Of a stretch of DNA of 64,000 bases, positions 49,965-61,743 are shown in pieces. The notes below the pieces were generated by a model. The model ran no database searches. It saw only the letters and a program-made list of their open reading frames with translations, and was not told where the DNA came from. Both the position numbers and the translations under genes were made by a program. Source of the stretch: Bacillus subtilis subsp. subtilis str. 168 (GTDB taxonomy: Bacteria; Bacillota; Bacilli; Bacillales; Bacillaceae); assembly GCF_000009045.1 (NCBI RefSeq), contig NC_000964.3, positions 186,001 through 250,000 on the forward strand. Direction: 5' to 3'. The stretch's first letter is position 1. Each line of letters begins with the position of its first letter.

Positions 49965-50882
49965 TTGAAAACAAGAGAATCATCTGTCGGGTTAAAATTC
50001 AGAAAGTTCAATCGATTTTATACAAACGTCCTTGGTTTCCTTAATGAGCACATTTACGACAGCCCGTTTTCCTTAACAGAAACACGGATTTTATTTGAGA
50101 TTTATAATACGCCTAATTGTACGGCAAAAGCTCTTCAGGATAAGCTGGGGCTTGACCGGGGATATGTCAGCAGGATTGTGAAGCAGTTTGAAAAAGAAGA
50201 TTTGATTTATAAACAGAGGAGCAAAGATGACGCCCGCCACCATTACATTTTTGTCACAGAAACAGGAAAAACGATTTATAAAAAGCTGGAGGAGAAAGCC
50301 AACGAACAAGTAGAACTGATGCTGAAGGTAATCAACCAAAAGGAGCAGCACAAGCTTGCCGAGGCGATGGCAGAGATTGAAGCGATCCTTTCACAGTCGC
50401 TTTCTGCCAGAGCATCAGAGATATCGATTAGAGATTATTTTCTTTCGGAGGATCTTCAACTCCTTATTGAGAAACAAAGACAATTTTACGCGGAGGCTCA
50501 CGGTTGGGATGACACGTTTTTAGCTTATCTTCAGGAGACATTTGACGCTGACATCGAAAAAATATGGATTGCGGAAAGCGGCGGGAAATTTGCCGGCTCT
50601 GTCGGGTTGGTCAAGCACGATGAAAAGACAGTCCAGCTCAGATGGTTTCTGGTTGATGCGGATTTTCGGGGCAGGGGGCTTGGCACGCAATTGCTGGAGC
50701 ATCTGGTTGCATACTGCCAAGACATGAAGTTTGACCGCATTTTCCTTTGGACGGTGAGCACGATGGCTGAGGCTCGTCCGCTCTATAAAAAATTTGGATT
50801 CAGGATAAGTGAAGTAAAACAAGAAGCGCCATTATGGGGACAGCAGCTGACAGAAGAACGGTGGGATTTGGAGCTGTCATGA
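49965..50882 (+). CDS. ybfA: MarR-GNAT fusion regulator
   Basis: N-terminal winged HTH ([10 protein letters not shown]), C-terminal FRGRGLG GNAT motif; start at TTG 49965 or GTG 49953. Confidence 0.9.
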
Positions 50883-52129
50883 AAAGACTGCATTATGCGT
50901 GGATCATCGTCTCCGTCACCTTTTTGATCTTATTGGCGGTTCAGGGGGTGCGGCTGTCGTTTGGTGCGTTTGTGGAGCCGTGGGAACGGCAGTTTTCAAT
51001 CGATAGAAGCACCATCTCGCTGATTTCGACGGTGAGTTTTATTGTTTATGGCATATCACAGCCTGTGATCGGTCGGCTTGTGGACAAATGGGGTGCCCGG
51101 GCTGTTTTGGCATGGAGTGCGTTACTGACAGGAGTCAGCATTTTCTTAACATACCTTGTGACTTCGCCTTGGCAGCTGTTTTTGCTTTACGGGCTGGGTG
51201 TCTCGCTTGGAGTGGGCGGAGCATCGAATGTGGCGGCAAGTGTATTGGTCGTCAATTGGTTCAGCAAAAAGCGGGGACTAGCCTTTGGGATCATGGAAGC
51301 AGGCTTTGGCGCGGGGCAAATGCTTCTCGTTCCCGGCTCACTCATGTTGATCCATTGGTTTAGCTGGAAGCTGACGGTTGTGGTGTTGGGACTGCTGTTA
51401 ATCGTGATTGTCTTTCCGGCTGCGCTGCTGATGCTGCGGAACAATCCTTCAGAAAAGAATACAGAGCCGATAGGCGGACTGGCTGCATCAGAAAAAGAAA
51501 CAGCACCCAAAACAACAGCTCTTTCAGTGGCCGGGATGTTTCGTATGAGGCAATTCTGGTTCTTGATTTTTCCGTTTTTGATCTGTGGATTTACGACCGT
51601 GGGGCTGATGGATACCCATTTGATTCCGTTTTCTCATGATCATGGCTTTTCAACGACAGTCACGAGTGCTGCTGTCAGTCTGCTAGCAGGCTTTAATATT
51701 GCTGGGATCTTGCTGTCCGGAATTGTAGCGGACCGGTGGAGCAGCCGGAAAATCCTGTGCATTTTATATGCGGTGCGGGCGCTGTCGATCGTGATTCTTA
51801 TTTACAGCCACGAGCCCTACTTGCTTTTAGCCTTTGCGATTCTGTTTGGATTAGTGGACTTTGCAACGGTAGCACCGACTCAAATGCTCGCCACCCAGTA
51901 CTTTCAAAACTACTCGATCGGCCTCATGATTGGCTGGCTGTCACTCGCCCATCAGATCGGATCGGCACTAGGTGCGTATGTGCCCGGCGTCATCTACACG
52001 GTAACGGGTGAGTATACACTGGCTTTTTATTTGTCGATTGGAATGCTCGTGCTTGCGAGCGTAATGAATGTGATGCTGAGGGAGCCAGCTGCGGTTACGC
52101 GTGACAGTGCGGCTGTGGTAGACAAGTGA
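50879..52129 (+). CDS. ybfB: MFS transporter (monocarboxylate-like)
   Basis: GRLVDKWG and [11 protein letters not shown] motifs; 12 TM; ATGA overlap with ybfA. Confidence 0.92.
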
Positions 52130-52163
52130 TGAGGACAAAGGGAAAGCATCTCTGATTTCGAGA

Positions 52164-52586
52164 TTATTCAGAGATGCTTTTTTTGTATTTTTGTTCTAAT
52201 ACGAAGTCGATCATACCGACTATGCGGGCGTTTTCGGATTTTTGTTTGAAGCGTTCAGAAATTTGAACTTTTCTTGAAAATGGGGAAACAATAAAAACCC
52301 AAAAAAGGCCGATCAAGGCAAAAAACATTTGTACAGCTAATTCTATTAATTCATTAAAACGAGTGCTGAAAAAATAGAAGTATAACGTTATTAATGTCAC
52401 AGTACATACGATTTTGGCAAGTGTGTTTGAATGTAAGCAATGGTTCACTAAAGAATACCTTTAATTGATTCAGCATGATTGAATCATATTTGTTTAGGAA
52501 AATAAGAAGTTCTTTATCATCTTTTTTATGTTCTAAAATAAAGTTGCTGTTTCTGTTTCTTTATATGTATGGTGGTCTACATTCAA
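52164..52586 (-). pseudogene. ybfE: Frameshifted membrane-protein gene homologous to the YbfF repeat
   Basis: Upstream frame DDKELLIFLNKYDSIMLNQLKVFFSEP (52441-52542) joins the 94-aa ORF by a frameshift. Confidence 0.7.
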
Positions 52587-52643
52587 TATATACATCTCTT
52601 AAAGTATAAAAATTGAGTATTTCTTAGTAAGGATGAAACAAAA

Positions 52644-53555
52644 TTACATGATTTTTTTGTTATATCTTTCAGTTAGAATAAAATCTATAACTCCTCTCAT
52701 TCGCAAATATTCGGCTCTCTGTGCAAAGTGCAGAACAGTATGTAATTGTCCTTTTCTAGATATATTTAAAAGCTTTATCAAATCAATAAGGATTTTCAAG
52801 AAAATAATTAATAATAGAAAGATAAAAATGTGTGGTATGTCAATGTAATTGATTTGTCCTGAAAATAAAGAAGTTGCATAGACAACAATAATACTTCCGC
52901 AAAACATCAAACTCATATAATGTGGAAGGGAAAATGGACGAGTTGAAAAATATGCTTTTAATTGGCTTAGCATAGCATTATCTCTTGTATCTAAGTAGCC
53001 CAAAAGCTCTTTATCATTTTTACTAATTGTAAGAACATGATTCAATACAGCACTAAAATTCATTGAATCTTCATTATCAGAGGCAGTATGTTTATTAGCC
53101 TGTATGTTTTGTTGATCCATTTTATATTTTTTATAAAGTATTGTATTAATTAACTTGTTTTTCTCATAGAATTCAGATCGTTGATTAAGGGATGCTTTTC
53201 CTTTGTTTTTATTTCCTTTTTTTATGATTTTAGTATAAGTCATAAAAATACAAATGACTGTAAAAATAGAAAACACTGCAGGTGAAATATCTGAAAGAAT
53301 AGTATTGGTGAAGACTTCTTTTGCTTGGATGAAAAGGAAAGAAGCTAAAGTCATAGATATAAACATGCATAAAACTGCTACTTTCACAAGAAACTGAAGC
53401 GGAAGAGAAGGTTCCGAATAATAGTGCTTCAACTGGTTGAGTGTCAGAGAATCTTGGCGAAAAAGATAATCTATTATCTCCTGCTGATTTTGCATCTGAT
53501 TGATATCATGAGCGATGTTTTTTGTTTTTTCAAAAACTATTTGATCATTTTTCAT
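52644..53555 (-). CDS. ybfF: Membrane protein with an internal tandem repeat
   Basis: Start MKNDQ behind GGAGG; two modules with 2 TM each. Confidence 0.85.
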   Translation of the reverse strand: MKNDQIVFEKTKNIAHDINQMQNQQEIIDYLFRQDSLTLNQLKHYYSEPSLPLQFLVKVAVLCMFISMTLASFLFIQAKEVFTNTILSDISPAVFSIFTVICIFMTYTKIIKKGNKNKGKASLNQRSEFYEKNKLINTILYKKYKMDQQNIQANKHTASDNEDSMNFSAVLNHVLTISKNDKELLGYLDTRDNAMLSQLKAYFSTRPFSLPHYMSLMFCGSIIVVYATSLFSGQINYIDIPHIFIFLLLIIFLKILIDLIKLLNISRKGQLHTVLHFAQRAEYLRMRGVIDFILTERYNKKIM

Positions 53556-53592
53556 TTTTGATAAACCTCCAAAAGACGATAGATAAACTAAA

Positions 53593-53634
53593 AAAACTGC
53601 ATGAGCATATTTTAACTTATGTTCATGCAGTTTT
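53593..53634 (-). terminator. Terminator between ybfG and ybfF
   Basis: AAAACTGCATGA/TCATGCAGTTTT hairpin with U-tract on the minus strand. Confidence 0.75.
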
Positions 53635-53643
53635 GTATTAAAG

Positions 53644-55842
53644 TTAGCTAGTATAATAAGCAAAAATGGCCAGTAACATAGCAGATAATGCGGTAGCGAC
53701 TTTGACTCCTTTATTGTTCGTTAAATCACTGCCCATATTCCCAATTAGTAAAAGTGCAGCAACACCTACAACAGGGAATAAATATTGATCATAAGACGGC
53801 CAATCTAACGCTAATTCACTCTCGGGAGACGTAACTGGTACTCCCTTGTACGTCTTTATTTTAAACGTAATCGTAGTCGTTAGTCCAGTTGTGACATTGT
53901 CACCGACTGGAATATCAGGTGTATAGATTTTAATTTGAATGTTTAAAGATTCAGCTGTTGGATTTACATAAACCTCCAAATAACCGTTGCGTACTGATAA
54001 GCTCAGACTATTTAAAAGGTTTTGATAAGAGTCGATTTGTGACGCAGTGAGAGACGTTTGAGTGTCGCCCAATAAACCCGTGATATAGGCACCTGGTTTA
54101 CCATTTGTAATGGTAATTGTGTTTGGTGAACCTTCACTTGGTATGGTTGCCAGAAGTGAAGTTGATAGAATAATATCCAACTCAGGTGATGTGAAAATGG
54201 TTTCTGTCGTATCAAATTCAAACATCGCGTTTGCCAGACTTGTTAGATTTTCTAAAGCTGGAATGGTAGATAAAATGTCTGTCAGTGTACGCAGTCTTGC
54301 ATCATATACCGGATCAGACGGCGGATTTACATTGCTTGCACCTGAGTCTCTTCCTGAATACCCGTCTTTATCAATCCCGATGCTTCCAGAGCCGCTTCCG
54401 ATGGTTCCTTCATAAAATTGATCAAAGGCCCAGTTGTTTGGCATCGGATAGCCGAGATTGCCGCTAAATCCTGTTGACATATTTGCCACAAAACTATACT
54501 TTGTCAGTCCTGCTTCAGATGTACGGATACAAATGTTTCTTGGTCCGTAAACCCCTATTTCATACTTAGGTGCGGTTGAAAATGTCTGCATTTTTGTAAA
54601 TGCTGACTTAATCTCTTGGAAATAAGGAATGATTTTATCGGTCACTTCATAATCGTATGCATCAAAATCGACAGCGAAATAAATGGTCGTGCCTGACGGA
54701 AAACCTAATCTTCTAGCAGCAGAAGCGGCACTATATGCATCTCTTGTGCCTTGGTCTTTGACAAAATAAGAAGATTCATAGCCGCCGTCTTGATAAATTG
54801 GGAAAACCTTCAATCCGGCATCAAGAATAACTGCAAGCTCTTTAGATGTCAGGGCTTTAGATGTGAGGCCGCTGCTTGTCCGCACATTTCCGGTCAAATA
54901 TCTGCCAACCGTTTTATAACCGTTATTCCGCAGTGTTTGAGCTTTTTCTGCGGTTATAATTGTAGCAGTGTCACAAGCAGAAGCGGTGCGAGTTGTGTCT
55001 CCTGAGCTTGATAATAAAGCTTTAATGGTTGGCATATCTGCATAACCTGTTTGCGGCAGGCACATGAACTCTTGAAATGCTTTAACAGCTGAAACAACAC
55101 CCACACCATATTTGCCGTCAAACTCACCAGGATCGAACGATTTTCCGTTACAATAGAGGGCGTACTGAACAATTAAGACAAATCCTGTTCTTGAATCGCC
55201 GGGAGTTAAAGTAGGGCACAAACTTGTGGTGCCGTTTCCGAAAAATCCATTGGCAACACTTGTGCTCATGCCTTCTTCTTTTTGCAGGGCATAAATAAGA
55301 GCTTTATTTGTATCGCGGCCATACAGTCCGTCACAAGGCATTAACCCGATATAGTCATTGTAGTCTCGATTTAAGTTTTGTTGAATCTGGCGAATTCTTG
55401 AATCACCCCCAGACACCAGCTTAAAAGCGCTCATGTCTAATAAGGCTTTCATAATTAACGTGGTGACAATCCCATCCTGTGTTGTCAGTCCGGCAGCTTT
55501 TTGAAATTCTTTTACCGCATTTTCTGTTTTTTCGTAAAAGACGCCTGTAAAACCGCCGGGATTAAAGCCTTTACACCATAAAGCCCCTTGTAAAATAAAA
55601 TTCATGTTGCTTGGTTTTGAATCTGGAGCTTGGCGTTTAAGAGGCTTAAATAAGCGCTGTGTTGTCGGCCCGAAGTTATCGGCTGGCTCTGAGATACCCA
55701 ATTCAATTTGAAGCGCCCGAGTCAGACCGTAGATCGTATCCCACCCAGTTTTCCCGCTTTCTTCAACTGGGTTATACCCATGTTTGCCGCTGTACGTATC
55801 GTTCAGCCATTGCTGTGTGATTAAGACCATTTCATCAACCAT
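53644..55842 (-). CDS. ybfG: Peptidoglycan-binding repeats plus GH25-like (DUF1906) domain protein
   Basis: Repeated LQ.AL...G......DG.YG..T..AV..FQ motifs; GRYL, IYQ and YFAVD; hydrophobic C-terminus. Confidence 0.88.
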   Translation of the reverse strand: MVDEMVLITQQWLNDTYSGKHGYNPVEESGKTGWDTIYGLTRALQIELGISEPADNFGPTTQRLFKPLKRQAPDSKPSNMNFILQGALWCKGFNPGGFTGVFYEKTENAVKEFQKAAGLTTQDGIVTTLIMKALLDMSAFKLVSGGDSRIRQIQQNLNRDYNDYIGLMPCDGLYGRDTNKALIYALQKEEGMSTSVANGFFGNGTTSLCPTLTPGDSRTGFVLIVQYALYCNGKSFDPGEFDGKYGVGVVSAVKAFQEFMCLPQTGYADMPTIKALLSSSGDTTRTASACDTATIITAEKAQTLRNNGYKTVGRYLTGNVRTSSGLTSKALTSKELAVILDAGLKVFPIYQDGGYESSYFVKDQGTRDAYSAASAARRLGFPSGTTIYFAVDFDAYDYEVTDKIIPYFQEIKSAFTKMQTFSTAPKYEIGVYGPRNICIRTSEAGLTKYSFVANMSTGFSGNLGYPMPNNWAFDQFYEGTIGSGSGSIGIDKDGYSGRDSGASNVNPPSDPVYDARLRTLTDILSTIPALENLTSLANAMFEFDTTETIFTSPELDIILSTSLLATIPSEGSPNTITITNGKPGAYITGLLGDTQTSLTASQIDSYQNLLNSLSLSVRNGYLEVYVNPTAESLNIQIKIYTPDIPVGDNVTTGLTTTITFKIKTYKGVPVTSPESELALDWPSYDQYLFPVVGVAALLLIGNMGSDLTNNKGVKVATALSAMLLAIFAYYTS

Positions 55843-55916
55843 TTCGATTCCTCCTTTGTTAGATTGCGTTCATTTATAGGTGGCAAACGTAGGACAAAAT
55901 AAAAAAATGGATGCCG

Positions 55917-56837
55917 TTAAGCATCCATTTTACATCCGTTCTCCAACAGCTTCGCTTTCGGTTTCAGCTCTGAAATGTAGAGGCCTAAAAGTGTAAGCGC
56001 GCCTCCTAGAAGAGCGATCCATGTCATGTTTTCGTGCAGAATCAGGACAGAAGCGGCGATCGTGATAACCGGGACCATGTAAATATACGCACTGGATTTG
56101 ACGGCTCCGAGCACTCCAACTGAATAATTCCAAGTGGCGAAGCACAGGGCAGAAGCGCCAATCCCTAAGAAAAGCATGTTGAGTATATTTGAAGCAGATG
56201 AAAATCGGCTTAGGTCAAAATGGAAGTCGAACAAAAATAAAGCGGGAACCATAAACAATAAACCATACAAAAATACTCTCTGTGTCAGCTCGATGATGTG
56301 GTATTCGTAGGCGCTTAATTTTTTCATGAATATCGAGTATCCGCCAAACACGAGAGCAGCCCCGGCTGCCATGATGTCTCCGAGCGGATTTAGACGCAGT
56401 ACCACATTGCCGTTAAACGTAATCAATAAAAGCCCGATCAGTGCCGAGATAAATCCAATCAAAAAAGTCAGACGCAATTTTTCGCCTTCGAGCAGAAAAT
56501 GGGCCAAAACCGCAGTGATCATCGGTATAATGGACACGATCATGCCGACATTGGAGGCGTATGTATAGGTGAGAGCTATATTTTCTAATAGAAAGTATAA
56601 GGTTACGCCAAATAAACCAGCTCCGGCAAACAACAGCTCCTGCCGCCAATTTCTGAACGGAATCATGTTGGGACGGACGAGGATAAGAGCGATAAAGCCC
56701 ATCAAAAACCGATAAAATAATATTTCCATTGGAGAGAAGTCAGCCAGCAGAACTTTTGTCGAAATAAAGGTCGTCCCCCAAATCAGAATGGTCACAATGG
56801 CTGCGATATGCCCCGAAGTTTCTCTTTGTATGTTCAT
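55917..56837 (-). CDS. ybfH: EamA/DMT transporter
   Basis: 10 TM, two EamA repeats. Confidence 0.92.
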
Positions 56838-57661
56838 CTGTGAAGCTCCTTTTCAAAAATCTTCATGTATTGCTTCGGCGTCAGCCCCACCTGCCGTTTA
56901 AAAAACTTCGTCATATGACTCTGATCGCTGAATCCTGTCTGAAATGCCGCATCAATCGGCCTTACCCCTTGTTCAAGGAGTTTTTTGGCTTGATTAATCC
57001 GGATTGTTTCCATGTAGCTATTAGGGGTAATGCCTTTTTGTTTTGTAAATGAACGCAATAAATGATACTTGCTCCAGCCTGTTAATTCACTCAAATCATT
57101 GAGTGTAACATTTTCGGCATAATGCTCTTCTAAAAATTCACAAACCATTTTGACTTCGTCTGATGGTTCTGGAACGCTGCTAAGGAACGTGACATCTGAA
57201 TAATGGCGGATCAGCTCCTCTAATAGATGAAGAAACAGCTCCTCCTTACGCAAAGCTTGTTTTTCCTCGGATATCAAAATATGCAATTCCTGCAGGCTGG
57301 CTGTCAGCTCATGGCGGAATAACACATGCTGGGAGAAATAAGGGAGATGCCCGGAGCCAGTAATCTCTTTCACCGCCTTCTCCATGATATCCGGCATGAC
57401 ATTGATACACCGATAATCAAGCGTCCGGCCGTCAATCTGTTCACAGCTATGCGTGTCACGGGGGTTAAAGAGGAGAAGATCACCTGGATTGATGATATAT
57501 TCTTGATCCTGACAGGCCAGATACCGTTGCCCTTTTTCAATAAATCCAATCACATAATAATCGTGAAAGTGGTTCGGGAACTTCTGCATAATTCCCTTGA
57601 AGCGGTAGGCTTCTATATGAAGGTGTGGGTCAAGCTGCAGTGTGCGGGTTTCGTTTTGCAT
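56834..57661 (-). CDS. ybfI: AraC-family regulator with cupin domain
   Basis: Start MQNETR behind AGGAGG; HFHD cupin and GFSDQSH HTH. Confidence 0.92.
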
Positions 57662-57891
57662 GGGATGCCTCCTGTCGGTGTGGTGGTCTTGGATTAAGTG
57701 TAGCATGATTTTGGGGGATTTCTTGTATGATGTTGCTGTTTAGGAATAGAGAAAGCAGACCGTTATTTGTCTGCTTTCGTTTAAGAATTTAAAAGATTTT
57801 AACCCTCAATAATAATTTTATCTTTTTTAATAAAAATTTATTTTTCAAATATTTCAGTTATAATGGTTTGGAACAGATAGGAGGGGCAAAG

Positions 57892-59046
57892 ATGTATCAA
57901 TCAAAGAAGGTTTTATTGTTAGGTTCAGGTGAATTAGGTAAAGAGGTAGTGATTGAAGCCCAGCGTCTTGGGGTACAGACGGTGGCAGTTGACAGTTACG
58001 AGCATGCTCCGGCGATGCAGGTCGCGCATAACAGTTATGTCGTTGATATGCTGGACCCAGAGCAGATCAGAACCATCATTGAGAAAGAAAATCCGGATTT
58101 GATTGTGCCTGAGGTTGAGGCGATTGCGACGGATGAATTGCTGAAGCTTGAAGAGGAAGGATTTCACGTTATCCCGAATGCCCGTGCGGCCAAGCTGACG
58201 ATGGATCGGGAAGGCATCAGACGACTTGCGGCGGAAACGCTTGGACTTGCGACAGCTGGCTATGAATTTGCGAATACATATGATGAATTTATACAAGCGG
58301 CAGCTCAGATCGGTTTTCCTTGTGTCGTTAAACCATTGATGAGTTCTTCTGGAAAAGGCCAAAGTGTGTGCCGCTCTGAAGCGGATTTAGAGAGCTGCTG
58401 GGAGACGGCGATGGAAGGCGGACGGGTGAAAAACGGCCGCGTGATCGTTGAGGAGTTTATCCCTTTCGAATCAGAAATCACACTCTTAACCGTACGTGCG
58501 GTTAACGGTACGGCATTTTGTGAGCCGATCGGTCATGTGCAAAAGGACGGGGATTATATCGAATCGTGGCAGCCGCATGATATGACAGAGCAGCAAATAG
58601 AAGAAGCGAAGCATATTGCGAAAACGATCACGGATGAGCTTGGCGGATACGGCCTGTTTGGTGTTGAGCTGTTCCTTGCGAAAGATAGGGTATATTTCAG
58701 TGAGGTATCTCCTCGTCCGCATGATACGGGTCTTGTCACGCTGGTGACGCAAAATTTGTCAGAATTTGCGCTGCATGTCCGGGCGATTCTCGGCTTTCCG
58801 ATTACAGAAATCACACAGCTTTCTCCTGGCGCCAGCAGGCCCCTCAAAGCGCCGGAAGAATTAGCGGATTACACTGTTGAAGGATTGGAAAACGCACTGG
58901 CAGTCCCAAAGACTCAAGTGCGCGTCTTTGGAAAGCCGATAACAAAAGCCGGACGTCGTATGGCAGTTGCGCTTTCTGCTGCTGATTCAGTTGAAACGGC
59001 AAGAGAGAATGCAAAGAAAGCGTTGGACCAGCTAATTTTAAAATAG
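57892..59046 (+). CDS. purT: Formate-dependent phosphoribosylglycinamide formyltransferase
   Basis: [19 protein letters not shown] and [10 protein letters not shown]. Confidence 0.97.
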   Translation: MYQSKKVLLLGSGELGKEVVIEAQRLGVQTVAVDSYEHAPAMQVAHNSYVVDMLDPEQIRTIIEKENPDLIVPEVEAIATDELLKLEEEGFHVIPNARAAKLTMDREGIRRLAAETLGLATAGYEFANTYDEFIQAAAQIGFPCVVKPLMSSSGKGQSVCRSEADLESCWETAMEGGRVKNGRVIVEEFIPFESEITLLTVRAVNGTAFCEPIGHVQKDGDYIESWQPHDMTEQQIEEAKHIAKTITDELGGYGLFGVELFLAKDRVYFSEVSPRPHDTGLVTLVTQNLSEFALHVRAILGFPITEITQLSPGASRPLKAPEELADYTVEGLENALAVPKTQVRVFGKPITKAGRRMAVALSAADSVETARENAKKALDQLILK

Positions 59047-59189
59047 AGTTTGAACAGGTCTTGTCATGGGACAAGGCCTGTTTTTTTCTTTCTCCGTAAA
59101 AGTTTTATCATAAGAATCAGAAACCTGATTATAATGTAAAAGTCTTCCATCGATACGGGTGGTTGACACTAAAGGAGGGAGATGACAAA

Positions 59190-60131
59190 ATGAAATTAGT
59201 TCCAAGATTCAGAAAACAATGGTTCGCTTACTTAACGGTTTTGTGTTTGGCTTTGGCAGCAGCGGTTTCTTTTGGCGTACCGGCAAAAGCGGCAGAGAAC
59301 CCGCAAACTTCTGTATCGAATACCGGTAAAGAAGCTGATGCTACGAAAAACCAAACGTCAAAAGCAGATCAGGTTTCCGCCCCTTATGAGGGAACCGGAA
59401 AAACAAGTAAATCGTTATACGGCGGCCAAACGGAACTGGAAAAAAACATTCAAACCTTACAGCCTTCGAGCATTATCGGAACTGATGAACGCACCAGAAT
59501 CTCCAGCACGACATCTTTTCCATATAGAGCAACCGTTCAACTGTCAATCAAGTATCCCAACACTTCAAGCACTTATGGATGTACCGGATTTTTAGTCAAT
59601 CCAAATACAGTCGTCACGGCTGGACATTGTGTGTACAGCCAGGATCATGGATGGGCTTCGACGATAACCGCCGCGCCGGGCCGCAATGGTTCGTCATATC
59701 CGTACGGTACTTATTCAGGCACGATGTTTTACTCCGTCAAAGGATGGACGGAAAGCAAAGACACCAACTATGATTACGGAGCTATTAAATTAAACGGTTC
59801 TCCTGGAAACACGGTTGGCTGGTACGGCTACCGGACTACAAACAGCAGCAGTCCCGTGGGCCTTTCCTCGTCAGTGACAGGATTCCCATGTGACAAAACC
59901 TTTGGCACGATGTGGTCTGATACAAAGCCGATTCGCTCCGCTGAAACGTATAAGCTGACCTATACAACCGATACGTACGGCTGCCAAAGCGGCTCGCCTG
60001 TTTATCGAAACTACAGTGATACAGGGCAGACAGCTATTGCCATTCACACGAACGGAGGATCGTCATATAACTTGGGAACAAGGGTGACGAACGATGTATT
60101 CAACAATATTCAATATTGGGCAAATCAATAA
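59190..60131 (+). CDS. mpr: Extracellular glutamyl endopeptidase (trypsin-like)
   Basis: Signal and propeptide; TAGHC, DYGAI, GCQSGSP. Confidence 0.95.
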   Translation: MKLVPRFRKQWFAYLTVLCLALAAAVSFGVPAKAAENPQTSVSNTGKEADATKNQTSKADQVSAPYEGTGKTSKSLYGGQTELEKNIQTLQPSSIIGTDERTRISSTTSFPYRATVQLSIKYPNTSSTYGCTGFLVNPNTVVTAGHCVYSQDHGWASTITAAPGRNGSSYPYGTYSGTMFYSVKGWTESKDTNYDYGAIKLNGSPGNTVGWYGYRTTNSSSPVGLSSSVTGFPCDKTFGTMWSDTKPIRSAETYKLTYTTDTYGCQSGSPVYRNYSDTGQTAIAIHTNGGSSYNLGTRVTNDVFNNIQYWANQ

Positions 60132-60492
60132 ATACAGCAAACTAGCCATATTCATGTCTATTTTGTTTTTATGCGGGTGCAGTTCGCAGACGCATTCTTC
60201 TCAAAAAGAAACGACTATTCCTGTCACTCTTCATGTGGAGGATGCTAAGGGGCTGCCGGTCGAAGGGGTTCAAGTGACGATTGTCAAAGCGCCCTCTTCA
60301 GATGAGGAGCCGAGTACAGAGATTGGCGAGATACTCGGTAAAACAGACAAAAACGGAGATATCAAATGGGATACCGGCAGAAAAGGCGATTACTCAGTCG
60401 CGTTGACGAAGGGTGAAACATCAGTAACCCATCACATCTCGTTAACAGAGGATAAAAAAGATCATGCCATTCCATTAGTCTTCAAAGAATAG
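60094..60492 (+). CDS. ybfJ: Putative lipoprotein
   Basis: LCGC lipobox; start uncertain. Confidence 0.75.
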   Translation: MYSTIFNIGQINKYSKLAIFMSILFLCGCSSQTHSSQKETTIPVTLHVEDAKGLPVEGVQVTIVKAPSSDEEPSTEIGEILGKTDKNGDIKWDTGRKGDYSVALTKGETSVTHHISLTEDKKDHAIPLVFKE

Positions 60493-60657
60493 CAGTTTCC
60501 TTGATTTTAAGGGAACTGCCTTTTTTATTTATTGCAGGAAACCAAACTATATACTGGAAATTTATTATGTGAGATAATAAGAAATAGGTATTTTTTCTTA
60601 CGAGACAAAAGGGGCGTTATCCTTTATATCAATCAAACCCGGAGGAAAAAGAAGAAG

Positions 60658-61548
60658 ATGATACAAGATTCAATGCAGTTTGCCGCGGTTGAAAGTGGTC
60701 TGCGCTTTTACCAGGCATATGATCAAAGCCTTTCTTTGTGGCCGATTGAGTCGGAAGCATTCTATGTTTCTACTCGTTTTGGAAAAACACATATCATTGC
60801 AAGTGGGCCAAAGGACGCACCTTCGCTCATTTTGCTTCACGGAGGCCTTTTCAGCTCTGCGATGTGGTATCCGAATATCGCAGCGTGGAGCAGTCAATTT
60901 CGTACATATGCGGTCGATATAATAGGAGACAAAAATAAAAGTATACCATCAGCAGCCATGGAAACGAGAGCTGATTTTGCAGAATGGATGAAAGATGTCT
61001 TTGATTCTCTTGGACTTGAGACGGCACATCTGGCCGGCCTTTCGCTTGGCGGGTCCCATATCGTGAATTTCTTACTCCGCGCGCCTGAAAGAGTAGAGCG
61101 GGCGGTTGTTATCAGTCCCGCTGAAGCGTTTATTTCATTTCATCCGGATGTCTATAAATACGCTGCAGAGCTTACAGGGGCAAGAGGAGCTGAATCATAT
61201 ATCAAGTGGATCACAGGCGACAGTTATGATCTGCATCCTTTACTGCAAAGACAAATTGTGGCGGGCGTGGAATGGCAGGATGAGCAAAGGAGCCTGAAGC
61301 CGACAGAAAACGGCTTTCCGTACGTGTTCACAGACCAGGAATTGAAATCAATACAAGTCCCGGTACTTCTGATGTTCGGTGAGCACGAGGCTATGTACCA
61401 TCAGCAAATGGCCTTTGAGCGGGCTTCGGTATTGGTGCCGGGAATTCAGGCTGAAATCGTAAAGAACGCCGGACATCTGTTATCTCTGGAGCAGCCAGAG
61501 TACGTCAATCAACGCGTCTTGTCCTTTTTATGCGGGGGGATAAAATAG
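60658..61548 (+). CDS. cesB: Carboxylesterase (alpha/beta hydrolase)
   Basis: LLHGG, GLSLGG and AGH motifs; start MIQDSM. Confidence 0.88.
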   Translation: MIQDSMQFAAVESGLRFYQAYDQSLSLWPIESEAFYVSTRFGKTHIIASGPKDAPSLILLHGGLFSSAMWYPNIAAWSSQFRTYAVDIIGDKNKSIPSAAMETRADFAEWMKDVFDSLGLETAHLAGLSLGGSHIVNFLLRAPERVERAVVISPAEAFISFHPDVYKYAAELTGARGAESYIKWITGDSYDLHPLLQRQIVAGVEWQDEQRSLKPTENGFPYVFTDQELKSIQVPVLLMFGEHEAMYHQQMAFERASVLVPGIQAEIVKNAGHLLSLEQPEYVNQRVLSFLCGGIK

Positions 61549-61743
61549 TAAGGAACATGAAAAGATTGGCATTCATTTTTCAAAAGGTAACAAATGTTGT
61601 ATAATAATAGAATTTGAATGCTGCTTTTTTTGGGAGCATTCTATGTTATCATGCTTATTGGAGAAAAATTTTTCCTGTAACGCTATTCGATCACTATCGT
61701 CAAATAATATAGATGGTTTTACAATTGGAGGTTTGGTTACACT

